A DNA stretch of 64,000 bases from Vicinamibacterales bacterium (GTDB lineage Bacteria > Acidobacteriota > Vicinamibacteria > Vicinamibacterales > UBA2999), in the NCBI GenBank assembly GCA_035575715.1, contig DATLXN010000045.1:74523-138522 (forward strand), written 5' to 3'. The stretch's first letter is position 1; every line of letters starts with the position of its first letter. Both the position numbers and the translations under genes were made by a program. Of this stretch, positions 20,167 to 29,398 are shown one piece after another. The notes below the pieces were generated by a model. That model saw only the letters and a list, made by a program, of their open reading frames with translations. It had not been told where the DNA came from and made no database searches.

Positions 20167-21489
20167 ATGACCGCTCCTAAGCTGACTCCGGTGCAGTGGT
20201 TGATCTGCGCCATTGCCGCACTAGGCTTCGCGTTCGACATTTACGAAGTGCTGATGGCCCCCTTGATCGTCAGTCCGGCGATCGCCGAATTGACCGGCGC
20301 CCGTCCGGGGACGGCCGACTTCAATTACTGGGTGGGCTTGTTTTTCTGGGTGCCGGCCATTGTCGGGGGCGCCTTCGGGCTACTTGGCGGCTATTTGACC
20401 GACGTGTTCGGGCGGCGCCGCGTGCTGGTGTGGAGCATCCTGCTCTACGCATTTTCCGCAATGGCGGCGGGGTTTTCCACCAGCATTGAGATGCTGCTGA
20501 TTCTGCGGTCGACGACTTACATCGGCGTCTTCGTCGAATTTGTCGCTGCGGTCGCCTGGATCGCCGAACTGTTTCCTGATCCGAAGCAGCGCGAATCGGC
20601 ACTGGGATATACCCAGGCCTTTTCATCGATCGGCGGGTTGCTCGTCACGGGGGCGTACTACCTCGCAGTGACATACGCAGACAACTTCCCCGCCATCAAC
20701 GGGGCGCACTCGCCGTGGCGTTACACATTGATATCCGGCGTCATCCCGGCGCTGCCATTGATTTTCATTCGCCCGTTCCTGCCGGAGTCGCCGGCGTGGA
20801 TCCAGAAAAAAGCATCGGGCACATTGCGGCGTCCCAGCATTGCGGCGCTGTTCACGCCCGAACTTCGCCGCACGACGATCGTCACCACGATCCTGTTCGC
20901 GTGTGCCTATGGAGCGGCGTTCGGTGCGATCCAGCAGATGCCGCGTATCGTCCCCGGCCTGGCCGAAGTCCGGGCGCTGCCGGTCCCGCAGCAGCAACAA
21001 ACCGCGACTGCAGTGCAGGCGTATCAGGAAGTCGGCGGCCTGGTCGGGCGCTTCGTCCTCGCCTTCCTTGCGATTCGGATCATTTCGCGCCGGCGGTTGT
21101 TGCATGTCTTCCAGCTGCCCGGCATCTTCATCGTGCCGCTGGTGTTTTTTTACGCGGGGACGACCAGTCTCGAACTGGCGAAATGGGGGATGTTCTTCGC
21201 CGGACTGTTCACCGTGGCGCAGTTTTCGTTCTGGGGTAACTATCTGCCGCGCGTCTACCCGACTCACCTTCGCGGCACCGGCGAAGGCTTCGCCGCCAAC
21301 ATCGGCGGACGCATGCTCGGCACGGGGTTCGCCTTTGTGACGACGCAGTTGACCAACGTGGTGCCCGGACCGACGCCGCAAGTGCGCTTGGCCTATGCGG
21401 CGGCGGGCGTGGCGCTGTTCGTCTATGTCACCGGCTACATTGTCAGTTGGTGGCTGCCTGAACCCAAGAGCGACGCGCTGCCGGAGTAA
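20167..21489 (+). CDS. MFS transporter
   Basis: About 12 predicted TM helices. GGYLTDVFGRRRVL loop 2-3 motif. Confidence 0.85.
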   Translation: MTAPKLTPVQWLICAIAALGFAFDIYEVLMAPLIVSPAIAELTGARPGTADFNYWVGLFFWVPAIVGGAFGLLGGYLTDVFGRRRVLVWSILLYAFSAMAAGFSTSIEMLLILRSTTYIGVFVEFVAAVAWIAELFPDPKQRESALGYTQAFSSIGGLLVTGAYYLAVTYADNFPAINGAHSPWRYTLISGVIPALPLIFIRPFLPESPAWIQKKASGTLRRPSIAALFTPELRRTTIVTTILFACAYGAAFGAIQQMPRIVPGLAEVRALPVPQQQQTATAVQAYQEVGGLVGRFVLAFLAIRIISRRRLLHVFQLPGIFIVPLVFFYAGTTSLELAKWGMFFAGLFTVAQFSFWGNYLPRVYPTHLRGTGEGFAANIGGRMLGTGFAFVTTQLTNVVPGPTPQVRLAYAAAGVALFVYVTGYIVSWWLPEPKSDALPE

Positions 21490-21498
21490 ACCCTCGCG

Positions 21499-21834
21499 AT
21501 GGCCCAACCACCAACCGCTCCGAAGATGGCCAGCGATGACGTCATGACGCTGCTGGAGACGGGTGAAGTGTTTTTTCTCGATGTTCGTGAGCCGAAGGAA
21601 CTGGTGGAACTCGGTACGCTGGAGGGGTACATCAATATTCCACTGGGTCAACTCGAGGCCAGGCTCGCGGACATTCCCAAAGACAAGGCGATTATCACCG
21701 CTTGAAACGGCGGTGGACGCGCCGCGCGTGCCGCGGCGTTACTGGAAGGCCACGGCTACTCTGTTGTGGCCTTCTGCGGTCTCGGTGATTACGCAGGCAG
21801 GCAGGGCAAGGCGAAAATATTTCCCGGCCGCTAA
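21499..21834 (+). CDS. Single-domain rhodanese with in-frame TGA (21703..21705) at the catalytic-Cys position; candidate selenocysteine protein, alternatively a nonsense pseudogene
   Basis: VFFLDVREPKEL...GYINIPLGQL...KDKAIITA-TGA-NGGGRAARAAALLEGHGYSVVAFCGLGDY. The frame stays open to TAA 21832..21834. C-x-x-G-x-R loop with the TGA in the C slot. Confidence 0.6.
21720..21738 (+). other. Candidate bacterial SECIS hairpin
   Basis: CGCCGCG (21720..21726) / CGCGGCG (21732..21738), loop CGUGC. The stem starts 14 nt after the UGA and the loop 21 nt after it. Confidence 0.4.
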
Positions 21835-22193
21835 AGATCAGGCTGGCGATGTTGGTTTGGCGAAAAGGGCAAAGTCGCGGTCACTTACCGCGTGTCCGGC
21901 GCCGGCAATACCGTGATCGAAACATTCCCGGTCGGGACGCCGCATGAACAGGTCACCGTCTATCATCGTGACGGGTCGAACGTCGGCCTGACCCATTACT
22001 GCGTGTCGAACACCAGCCGCGCATGACCTCGGGCGGTCTGCAGTGCAACGTGCTGACCTTCGCGTATACCGGCGAGCTGGCCAAGACCAGCCACATGCAC
22101 GGCGCGCGGCTGGAGCCCGCAGGGCCCTCGACCCGCAGGGGCCTCTCGACCCGCAGGGGCCTCTCGACCCGCAGGGGCCTGGCACCGCTGTGA
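21835..22193 (+). pseudogene. Decayed gene remnant (no start codon, one frameshift, 3' end made of tandem repeats)
   Basis: Open frame right after the rhodanese TAA reads GEKGKVAVTYRVSGAGNTVIETFPVGTPHEQVTVYHRDGSNVGLTHYCVSN. It then needs a 1-nt correction near 22008..22011 to continue as HQPRMTSGGLQCNVLTFAYTGELAKTSHMHGARLEP. The tail is STRRGL x3, encoded by the 18-mer array. Confidence 0.4.
22116..22180. repeat. Tandem 18-bp array CCCGCAGGGGCCTCTCGA, about 3.6 copies
   Basis: Copies at 22116 (16-nt variant), 22132, 22150 and 22168 (partial). Contiguous with no spacers. Confidence 0.85.
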
Positions 22194-22846
22194 CACAAAG
22201 TTACAACTCGGTGTGACGGCGCAGGCATGAGGATTGCCGCACGAATCGCCACACTCATGCCGAGACGACCCAGAGACATTGTCGCCGGCGAGATTTATCA
22301 CGTGATCAATCGAGGCAACGATCGACGCGTCATTTTCTCGCAAGATGCAGATTACGAGCACTTTCTCGACTTGCTCGATCGAGGGTTCGAGCGCGCGGAC
22401 GTTTCCATCCTGGGGTTCTGTGCGATGCCCACGCACTTCCACCTGCTGGTGAGACCGGAGACCAACGATGCGCTTTCTACATACATGCACTGGGTCACTA
22501 GTCGCTACGCCTGCGACTTGCGGGCGAAGAACCAAACGACTGGGAACGGACACGTCTTTCAACGACGTTATTGGTCAAAAGAAATTGCCAGTGAGTCGCA
22601 GTTCTTGACCGTGCTCAGGTACATCGAGGCCAACGCCTTGCGCAGTGAGTTGGTCATGCGAGCGGAGGATTGGCGCTGGGGGAGCCTCGCGGATCGCGAG
22701 GGCGGCTGCCCAAGGCTGATCTGCCCAGCTCCCGTTGCCATCCCCAAAGAATGGGCGGCACTGGTCAATCTTCCCCAAGAGGAATTTCGGCTGCGGCTCA
22801 TTCGCCGCAGCGCAAATCTTGCGCGTCCGTTGTAACAAGTTGTCAC
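22190..22846 (+). mobile_element. Y1-transposase unit bracketed by 18-bp imperfect inverted repeats (RAYT/IS200-like)
   Basis: Left GTGACACAAAGTTACAAC (22190..22207). Right GTTGTAACAAGTTGTCAC (22829..22846), whose reverse complement is GTGACAACTTGTTACAAC. 14/18 identical, with all mismatches in the central 4 nt. Confidence 0.55.
22257..22835 (+). CDS. IS200/IS605-type Y1 (HUH) transposase, REP-associated tyrosine transposase-like
   Basis: MPRRPR...YHVINRGN N-terminus. HUH motif PTHFHLLV. Catalytic-Tyr helix LRYIEANALR. Start taken at ATG 22257. Confidence 0.8.
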   Translation: MPRRPRDIVAGEIYHVINRGNDRRVIFSQDADYEHFLDLLDRGFERADVSILGFCAMPTHFHLLVRPETNDALSTYMHWVTSRYACDLRAKNQTTGNGHVFQRRYWSKEIASESQFLTVLRYIEANALRSELVMRAEDWRWGSLADREGGCPRLICPAPVAIPKEWAALVNLPQEEFRLRLIRRSANLARPL

Positions 22847-23012
22847 AACGGTGCCAGGCTCCGACTACTCGTCGTCAGTTCGAGCGATGACGACGCCGCA
22901 CTGCTCGACCACGGCGGCTGCTGCTTCGGAGGCGACCGTGGGAGAACTGGAAGAACGGGAAGCCCGACGTACCGGCGAGCTTCCGCGTCATTCGCAAACG
23001 CTGAGGCGGGGG

Positions 23013-24011
23013 TCAGCGGGTCGCGGCTTTTTTCGCCCCGACGTCCTCGCCCTTCAGAAACTTCAGCAGCGGCGGATACAAAAGCTCCGGCGCCTCGTAT
23101 TGCGGGTTATGGCCAATGCCTGGAATCAGGTAGAGCTGACCGTTCTGCATCGTGTCGGCGACGCGTTTCGCTTGTGTCGGGTAATTCGGCCCGTCCTTCT
23201 CCCCACCGATCACCAGCGTGCGGGCTTTGATTCGCGGCCAGTCAGAGACCACCGGATCGGCATAGATCGCTTGCTGCTGTAAGGCGCGGACCATCGCCAT
23301 CCGCGGCCAGTCGCCGCTCCTGGTCCAACCGTAATGAATCTTCACGTACTTCATGTACTCCGGCTTCCAGTTCACGTAATAGGCCCGCATGCCTTTCACG
23401 ATCTCGCCGTAGTCACGCGCCAGGGCCGATTTGTAGACTTCGGAGGTGTCGCGCCAGGCCCGGCCGCCACGCGCATCGGTCAGGCCAATCTGGTTGATCA
23501 TCGCCAGGTTGCCGACCATCTCGGGATACGACGCGGCGAAGCGGCTCGCCACCATCCCCCCCATTGAGTGCGTGACGATGTCGGTCGTCTTGATGGCGAG
23601 ATGATCGAGCAATCGCTTGGTGTTCGCCGCATGCGTGCTGATCGAGTAATGGAGGATTGGCTTCGAGGAACGACCGTAGCCAATCTGGTCGATGGCGATG
23701 ACCCGGTAGCCCTCCTTGCGGAGGACTGTGATGGTGTCGGCCCACGCCTCGGCAAAGAAATTCATCCCGTGCAGGAGGATCACGCTCCTGCCATTCGGTG
23801 CGCCCTCCGCGGCGACGTCCATGTAGGCCATTCGCACATCTTCGCCTTCGAGGTTGAAGGCCATCGATGACACCGGATGCGGGTAGGCCACATCTTCCAG
23901 ATTGATGCTCATCGGCCCCCAGTCGGCAGGCGGCGCCGGCGGCGGCTCCTGCTGCGCGAAGGCTGTGGTTGCCGCGCAGATGAACGCGAGCGCAATGACG
24001 ACGTGACGCAT
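23013..24011 (-). CDS. Secreted alpha/beta-hydrolase
   Basis: Signal peptide. HGMNF (oxyanion region). Nucleophile elbow THSMGG. C-terminal GIGHNPQ (His). Confidence 0.85.
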   Translation of the reverse strand: MRHVVIALAFICAATTAFAQQEPPPAPPADWGPMSINLEDVAYPHPVSSMAFNLEGEDVRMAYMDVAAEGAPNGRSVILLHGMNFFAEAWADTITVLRKEGYRVIAIDQIGYGRSSKPILHYSISTHAANTKRLLDHLAIKTTDIVTHSMGGMVASRFAASYPEMVGNLAMINQIGLTDARGGRAWRDTSEVYKSALARDYGEIVKGMRAYYVNWKPEYMKYVKIHYGWTRSGDWPRMAMVRALQQQAIYADPVVSDWPRIKARTLVIGGEKDGPNYPTQAKRVADTMQNGQLYLIPGIGHNPQYEAPELLYPPLLKFLKGEDVGAKKAATR

Positions 24012-24053
24012 AAGAACCTCGTTCCCGTTACCGACGTTGATACCAGCGAGCGA

Positions 24054-25091
24054 ATGTTACACTGCCCGCCCATGTGTGCGCCCAAGACGTGTGGCCTCCT
24101 GATCATGGCGCTGATGCCGGTCGCTGGCGTCCATGTCCAGCAATCACGACAGCTCCCGGTGCTCGACATGCATGTCCACGCACAGGGCGCGGACTCACAG
24201 GGGCCGCCGCCGCTGGCGATTTGCCCAGGCAGCAGTTTTCCTGCCTGGGATCAACGAACCCCGTCGCCCGACACCTTTATTGCCAGCCTGAAAAAGCCGG
24301 CGTGTGCCGAACCGGTCTGGTCGCCGACAACCGACGATGGGCTACGAGAGCAGACGGTCGCGGCCTTGCATCGGCGCAACGTCATCGCCCTGCTCGGCGG
24401 CACCCCGGCGCGTGTGCAGCGCTGGATGCAGGACGCGCCCGGCCAGGTGATCCCGTCGCTCAGCTTCAAACTCGACCCTGACGCTCCAACGCCAGCCGCC
24501 GTCCGTGAACTGCACGCCTCCGGACGCATTCGCGCCCTCGCCGAGGTGACCAATCAATACGCCGGCATCGCCGCAGACGATGCCGCGTTTGAACCGTACC
24601 TGGCCGCGGCTGAAGCGATCGACTTGCCGGTCGGCATTCACGTTGGCCCTGGGCCGCCTGGCGCGCCATATCTCGGGTTCACTGGTTATCGCGCGCGGCT
24701 ACACAGTGCGCTGGCGCTCGAGGAACCGTTGCTCAAACATCAAAAGCTGCGCGTCTTCGTCATGCATGCCGGGTGGCCGATGATCGACGACATGCTGGCC
24801 GTGATGTGGGCGCACCGCCAGGTCTATGTCGAAGTCGGTGTGATCGTGTGGGCCTTACCGCGCGCGGAGTTTTATCGCTACCTGCACCGCCTCGTTGACG
24901 CCGGGTTTGGTGATCGGGTGATGTTTGGGTCGGACCAGATGGTGTGGCCCGGGCTGATTGAACACAGCATTCGCGTCATCGAAGAGGCGCCGTTGCTGTC
25001 GGCCGCGCAAAAGCGCGACATCTTGTATAACAACGCCGCTCGGTTCTTGCGCTTGCCGCAAGCGGACATCGACCGCCATCACGGCCGCTAA
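24054..25091 (+). CDS. Amidohydrolase-2 family metal-dependent hydrolase
   Basis: LDMHVHA metal site near the N-terminus. FVMHAGWP. MFGSDQMVWP near the C-terminus. The start is 24054 or 24072. The ORF-track start 23877 overlaps the opposite gene. Confidence 0.8.
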   Translation: MLHCPPMCAPKTCGLLIMALMPVAGVHVQQSRQLPVLDMHVHAQGADSQGPPPLAICPGSSFPAWDQRTPSPDTFIASLKKPACAEPVWSPTTDDGLREQTVAALHRRNVIALLGGTPARVQRWMQDAPGQVIPSLSFKLDPDAPTPAAVRELHASGRIRALAEVTNQYAGIAADDAAFEPYLAAAEAIDLPVGIHVGPGPPGAPYLGFTGYRARLHSALALEEPLLKHQKLRVFVMHAGWPMIDDMLAVMWAHRQVYVEVGVIVWALPRAEFYRYLHRLVDAGFGDRVMFGSDQMVWPGLIEHSIRVIEEAPLLSAAQKRDILYNNAARFLRLPQADIDRHHGR

Positions 25092-25122
25092 CTCAACTAA
25101 ATCCGGGTGGTACGATGGGCGC

Positions 25123-25866
25123 ATGAGGCTCGCCCTTCTCGCGATACTCCCCATCATCCTGACGACGCCAGTGGCTGTCGGCGCGCAACGCGCGCGCAAC
25201 GCCCCCACTGAACGTCCGACCGCAACAACCACCGCCACGATTACCGTGACCGACCAGTCAGGGGCGGTATTACCTGATGTCCGGGTGATGTTGATCGGCG
25301 GTCTCGATCGATCGGGCTCAACCCAGACCAACGGCGTTGTGCGCTTCGACGGGCTGCGGCCGGGCAGTTATCGGTTGCGATTCGCCAAAGACGGCTTTGT
25401 CCTGCTCGAACGCGAATTCGACTGGCGGCCCGGTGAGGCGGCGCCGAATCCTTCAGTTGCGCTCACCCCCGGTTCGACTATCCAGCTGACGCCAGCTGGC
25501 GAAAGCGAGCCGTCGACGATTCCACCGCCCGGTAAGCCGCTGTCGCTAGCGATTCCTGACTTCATCGAAAAGAACTTCATCGCGAATAGCCAGCCGCAAA
25601 AAGTCTCGCCGGTCGGATGCAGTGGGCTCGCCCAGACGGTGTTGTGGCAGATCCGCGAGCCGTGGGAAAACCGGCAGCATGCCGGTGCCGACGCCATGCT
25701 GTACGTCATCGGTGGCGAAGGCACCGTCCGCTTGGACGGTCGTGATCAGCAGATCGCGGCCGGCAGTTTCGCCCAAGTGCCACGCGGCAGTACCTACAAC
25801 CTGACCCGGCGCGGACGCAATCCGTTGATCATCCTGGCGACTCTGGCTGGAGAACCGTGCCAATGA
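25123..25866 (+). CDS. Secreted protein: CarboxypepD_reg-like domain + C-terminal cupin
   Basis: Signal peptide MRLALLAILPIILTTPVAVGAQ. TVTDQSGAVLPDVRV...GSYRLRFAKDGF. C-terminal HAGADAMLYVIGGEGTVRLDG...VPRGSTY cupin pattern. Confidence 0.65.
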   Translation: MRLALLAILPIILTTPVAVGAQRARNAPTERPTATTTATITVTDQSGAVLPDVRVMLIGGLDRSGSTQTNGVVRFDGLRPGSYRLRFAKDGFVLLEREFDWRPGEAAPNPSVALTPGSTIQLTPAGESEPSTIPPPGKPLSLAIPDFIEKNFIANSQPQKVSPVGCSGLAQTVLWQIREPWENRQHAGADAMLYVIGGEGTVRLDGRDQQIAAGSFAQVPRGSTYNLTRRGRNPLIILATLAGEPCQ

Positions 25867-25885
25867 GGTAATCTGATCCATTCAT

Positions 25886-27574
25886 TTGATGCCTGACGAA
25901 AACCTCATCGCGGCCCCGAGCCCGGACTTCATCCGGGAGATCGTTGCCGCTGACGTCGCCGCAGGGACCACCGGCGGGCGCGTGGTCACCCGCTTCCCAC
26001 CCGAACCCAACGGCTATCTGCATATCGGTCACGCCAAGGCGATCTGCCTGGACTTCGGTGTTGCTCAGGAGTTTGGCGGCCACTGCAATTTGCGGTTTGA
26101 CGACACCAACCCGGTCAAGGAAGACATCGAGTACGTCGACTCGATTAAAGACGACCTGCGCTGGCTCGGCTTCTCGTGGGACGAACGCGAATATTACGCG
26201 TCCGACTATTACGCGCAGCTCTATGAGATGGCCACGCAGCTGATTGATCACGGGCTTGCCTACGTCGATTCGCTGAACGCGGATCACATGCGCGAACTGC
26301 GCGGAACGCTGACCGAACCCGGCAAGGATTCACCGTTTCGCACGCGCTCGGTCGACGAGAACCTCGAGTTGTTCCGGCGGATGCGCGCCGGCGAGTTCGC
26401 CGATGGGACCCACGTACTCCGCGCCAAGATCGACATGGCCTCGCCGAACATCAACATGCGCGACCCGGTGCTCTACCGGATCCGCCATGTCGAGCATCAC
26501 CGCACCGGCACGACCTGGTGCATCTATCCGATGTACGACTACGCCCACCCGCTGTCGGACGCGATCGAGGGCGTCACCCACTCGCTGTGCACGCTCGAGT
26601 ACGAAGATCATCGACCGCTCTACGACTGGGTGGTCACGGCGGCGGCGGTCGGACACCGCCCGCGCCAGTACGAATTCGCGCGGCTCAAGCTCAATTACAC
26701 GGTGATGAGCAAACGCAAACTGTTGCAACTGGTGCAACAGCAGCGCGTGTCGGGCTGGGATGATCCCCGCATGCCGACGATCTCCGGATTGCGGCGGCGC
26801 GGGTTCACGGCTGAGTCGATCCGCGATTTCTGCACCCGCATTGGCGTCGCCAAAAAAGACAACGTGATCGATGTCGGGCTGCTCGAGCACTGCGTCCGCG
26901 AAGACCTCAATCGACGCGCGCCGCGCGCGATGGCCGTGTTGCGACCGCTGCGCGTCGTGCTGACCAACTACCCGGAGGATCGGGTCGAGCAGATGGCCGT
27001 CGTCAATCATCCGGACGACCCTGACGCCGGCACACGGCAGGTACCTTTCTCACGCGTGATCTACATCGAGCGCGACGACTTCCTCGAAGATCCGCCGAAG
27101 AAATTCTTCCGACTGGCACCGGGCCGCGAAGTACGGCTGCGCAGCGCTTACCTGATCACCTGCACCGACGTCGTGAAGAACGACGCCGGCGACATCGTCG
27201 AACTGCACGCGACCTATGACCCGGCAACCCGTGGCGGCGACGCACCCGACGGTCGAAAGGTCAAAGCCACGTTGCACTGGGTGGCCGCCTCGCACGCCGT
27301 GGATGCCGAGGTTCGGCTCTACGACCGGCTGTTTAGCGTCGAAGATCCCGACGGCGCGGCGAGCCGCGGTGAGATCGACTTCACTGACTTGCTCAACCCG
27401 TCCTCGCTTGAATCGGTCGGCTCATGCAAAGTCGAACCGCACTTGGGCGACGTCGAGGCGGGCACACACTGGCAGTTCGAGCGCCTCGGCTACTTTGCCG
27501 TCGACCCCGATTCGCGGCCCGGCCGCCCGGTCTTCAATCGCACCGTATCGCTCAAGGGCGCGTTCAAAGGCTGA
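25886..27574 (+). CDS. glnS: Glutaminyl-tRNA synthetase
   Basis: [23 protein letters not shown]...[22 protein letters not shown] closely parallels GlnRS. VMSKRKL is the KMSKS motif. 562 aa. Confidence 0.95.
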   Translation: MMPDENLIAAPSPDFIREIVAADVAAGTTGGRVVTRFPPEPNGYLHIGHAKAICLDFGVAQEFGGHCNLRFDDTNPVKEDIEYVDSIKDDLRWLGFSWDEREYYASDYYAQLYEMATQLIDHGLAYVDSLNADHMRELRGTLTEPGKDSPFRTRSVDENLELFRRMRAGEFADGTHVLRAKIDMASPNINMRDPVLYRIRHVEHHRTGTTWCIYPMYDYAHPLSDAIEGVTHSLCTLEYEDHRPLYDWVVTAAAVGHRPRQYEFARLKLNYTVMSKRKLLQLVQQQRVSGWDDPRMPTISGLRRRGFTAESIRDFCTRIGVAKKDNVIDVGLLEHCVREDLNRRAPRAMAVLRPLRVVLTNYPEDRVEQMAVVNHPDDPDAGTRQVPFSRVIYIERDDFLEDPPKKFFRLAPGREVRLRSAYLITCTDVVKNDAGDIVELHATYDPATRGGDAPDGRKVKATLHWVAASHAVDAEVRLYDRLFSVEDPDGAASRGEIDFTDLLNPSSLESVGSCKVEPHLGDVEAGTHWQFERLGYFAVDPDSRPGRPVFNRTVSLKGAFKG

Positions 27575-28040
27575 CCTCTACGATCACCGGCGCTAACACC
27601 CGCTCGATATCCGCGGCGGCGAGCGCGACCAGGAATCCACGCCGGCCGCCATTGATGAAGACGCGATCCAAGTCCAGGATGCTTTTCTCGAGGTAGACCG
27701 GCAGAGGCTTGCGCGTCCCGAACGGCGAGGTGCCGCCGACCAGATAGCCGGTGTGCCGCTGCGCTACCGCAGGATCGCACGGCGTGATCGACTTGCGCCC
27801 TGCCTGCCGCGCCAGTTGCTTGGTCGACACCTCACGGTCGCCGTGCATCAAAACCAGCAGCGGTTCGCGCCGCTCGTCTTCCATTACCAAGGTCTTGATC
27901 ACCGTGTGCTCATCGACCCCAATGGCACGGGCAGACACCGTGGTGCCACCATGCTCTTCATAGCGATAGGAATGCTCGGTGAAGGAAACGTCGTGCTTGC
28001 GAAGAAAGTGAATCGCCGGCGTGCCCGATAGCGTCCCCAC
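27564..28040 (-). CDS. ybaK: Cys-tRNA(Pro)/Cys-tRNA(Cys) deacylase, YbaK/EbsC family
   Basis: 158 aa. [28 protein letters not shown]...[11 protein letters not shown]... is typical of YbaK. Confidence 0.85.
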   Translation of the reverse strand: MGTLSGTPAIHFLRKHDVSFTEHSYRYEEHGGTTVSARAIGVDEHTVIKTLVMEDERREPLLVLMHGDREVSTKQLARQAGRKSITPCDPAVAQRHTGYLVGGTSPFGTRKPLPVYLEKSILDLDRVFINGGRRGFLVALAAADIERVLAPVIVEVSL

Positions 28041-28111
28041 GCCCGCACTCTAGCACCCGGACCTTAGCACCAACGGCTAATCATGCGCGGGGTGGCGCTG
28101 CTGCGGCCGGT

Positions 28112-29398
28112 GTGAAATCATCACAGACGATGTCGCACGCTGCAGCGGTGCCGCTCTCCAAGCTGGTGCGGGAACAGCTCAATCGCCCTTCACCGATCCG
28201 GCAGATCATGAAGATGGCCGAGCGACAGAACATCGTCGCCATGGGTCTCAATCCCGATGACGTGATCTCGTTCGGCGGTGGATGGGTCAATCACCCCGCG
28301 CCCGACGGACTACGGCTCGCCTACCAGGAAATCGCCGGCGACCCGACTGCGTTTCATCAGAGCGGCGGTTACACTGCTACGCTCGGCGACGGCGAGTGCC
28401 GCAAGCAACTCGCTCGCTTCGAGAGTCATCTGTTCAATGTGCCGCGGCTGACGGCCGAGCACGTCGCTATCGGCGCCGGCAGTACTCAGCTCACCCATGA
28501 CCTGTTTCGGGTCCTGCTCGATCCCGGCGACACCGTGTTGCTGATGGACCCGACCTACGCGAATTACGAGGGGCAGCTGGCCTTTGCCGCGCCGGGTGTG
28601 CAGATCGCGCGATTGCGCTTAATGGACCCGGCGACCTGGAGTTACCTGCCGACCGATGATCCGGGGCGCGCGATTGACGATTTCCATCGCGCCTTCGACA
28701 CGCACCAACCGCGACTGGTGGTGTTCGGCGCGCCTGACAATCCAACCAGCCAAATCCTGCCGCACGCATTAGTCGAAGCCATGCGCGCACGCAGTGCCGA
28801 TGCCGGTGCCTGGCTGGCAATTGACTTCGCTTACAAGTGCCAGCACTTTGCGCCGGTGCCGGACTATTACAGCTGGTCGCCGGCTGATCACCCCAACGTG
28901 ATCGGCATCTACTCGAACTCGAAGTGGGGTCGCGGTCTGGGCCGTCGACTCGGGTGGCTCACCGCGGCGACGCCGGTGATTGACGCCATCGAGCGGGTCC
29001 AGCAGTGCAGCCTGCTGTGCCCGGACACGCTGGCGCAGATGGCGATGGCCCGTTATCTGTCGCGTGCGATTGATGATGGCTCGTTACGGCAATACGTCGA
29101 TGAGACCAATGCGCGCTATCGCGACGCGGCGCAGGTCACGATCGACGCGGTCGACGAGCATCTTCGCCGTCCACGCCTGACCCCGATGGGCGGCCTCTAC
29201 ACCGTCGTCGACGTCGGCACCGACGCGGATGCGTTCGTCCCTCGCGCGCTACAGGCGACCGGAGTGTTGGTCGTTCCGGGTGGCGGATTCGGCGCGTCAC
29301 TGAAAAACGGCGTGCGCATCTCGTTTGGGCCGCTGGTCAACGCGCCGCAGAAAATCCGCGACGGGATCGAGCGGCTGGGCCGCTATCTTTCCGCTTAA
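28112..29398 (+). CDS. PLP-dependent aminotransferase, class I/II
   Basis: YSNSKWGRGLGRRLGW (PLP-Lys region) and PDNPTS motifs. ATG 28130 is an alternative start. Confidence 0.85.
   Translation: MKSSQTMSHAAAVPLSKLVREQLNRPSPIRQIMKMAERQNIVAMGLNPDDVISFGGGWVNHPAPDGLRLAYQEIAGDPTAFHQSGGYTATLGDGECRKQLARFESHLFNVPRLTAEHVAIGAGSTQLTHDLFRVLLDPGDTVLLMDPTYANYEGQLAFAAPGVQIARLRLMDPATWSYLPTDDPGRAIDDFHRAFDTHQPRLVVFGAPDNPTSQILPHALVEAMRARSADAGAWLAIDFAYKCQHFAPVPDYYSWSPADHPNVIGIYSNSKWGRGLGRRLGWLTAATPVIDAIERVQQCSLLCPDTLAQMAMARYLSRAIDDGSLRQYVDETNARYRDAAQVTIDAVDEHLRRPRLTPMGGLYTVVDVGTDADAFVPRALQATGVLVVPGGGFGASLKNGVRISFGPLVNAPQKIRDGIERLGRYLSA

Noticed and set aside
18900-20180. 426-aa ORF antisense to the TonB-dependent receptor
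   Set aside because: Same reasoning. The receptor strand has a signal peptide, a CarboxypepD_reg domain and a terminal Phe, while the antisense translation is compositionally biased.
20623-21651. 342-aa ORF antisense to the MFS transporter and rhodanese
   Set aside because: Arg-rich and low-complexity. The sense strand encodes about 12 regular TM helices.
22116-22180. Possible CRISPR array (repeated 18-mers)
   Set aside because: The units are contiguous with no spacers, too short, and there are only about 3.6 copies. No cas genes are present in the window.
21996-22562. 188-aa ORF antisense to the Y1 transposase and the 18-mer array
   Set aside because: Its N-terminal part is a translation of the tandem repeats. 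The sense strand has the HUH and Tyr motifs.
23877-24053. N-terminal extension of the amidohydrolase ORF
   Set aside because: It overlaps the start of the opposite-strand hydrolase and translates to an Arg-rich tract. Internal ATGs at 24054 and 24072 precede a hydrophobic leader.
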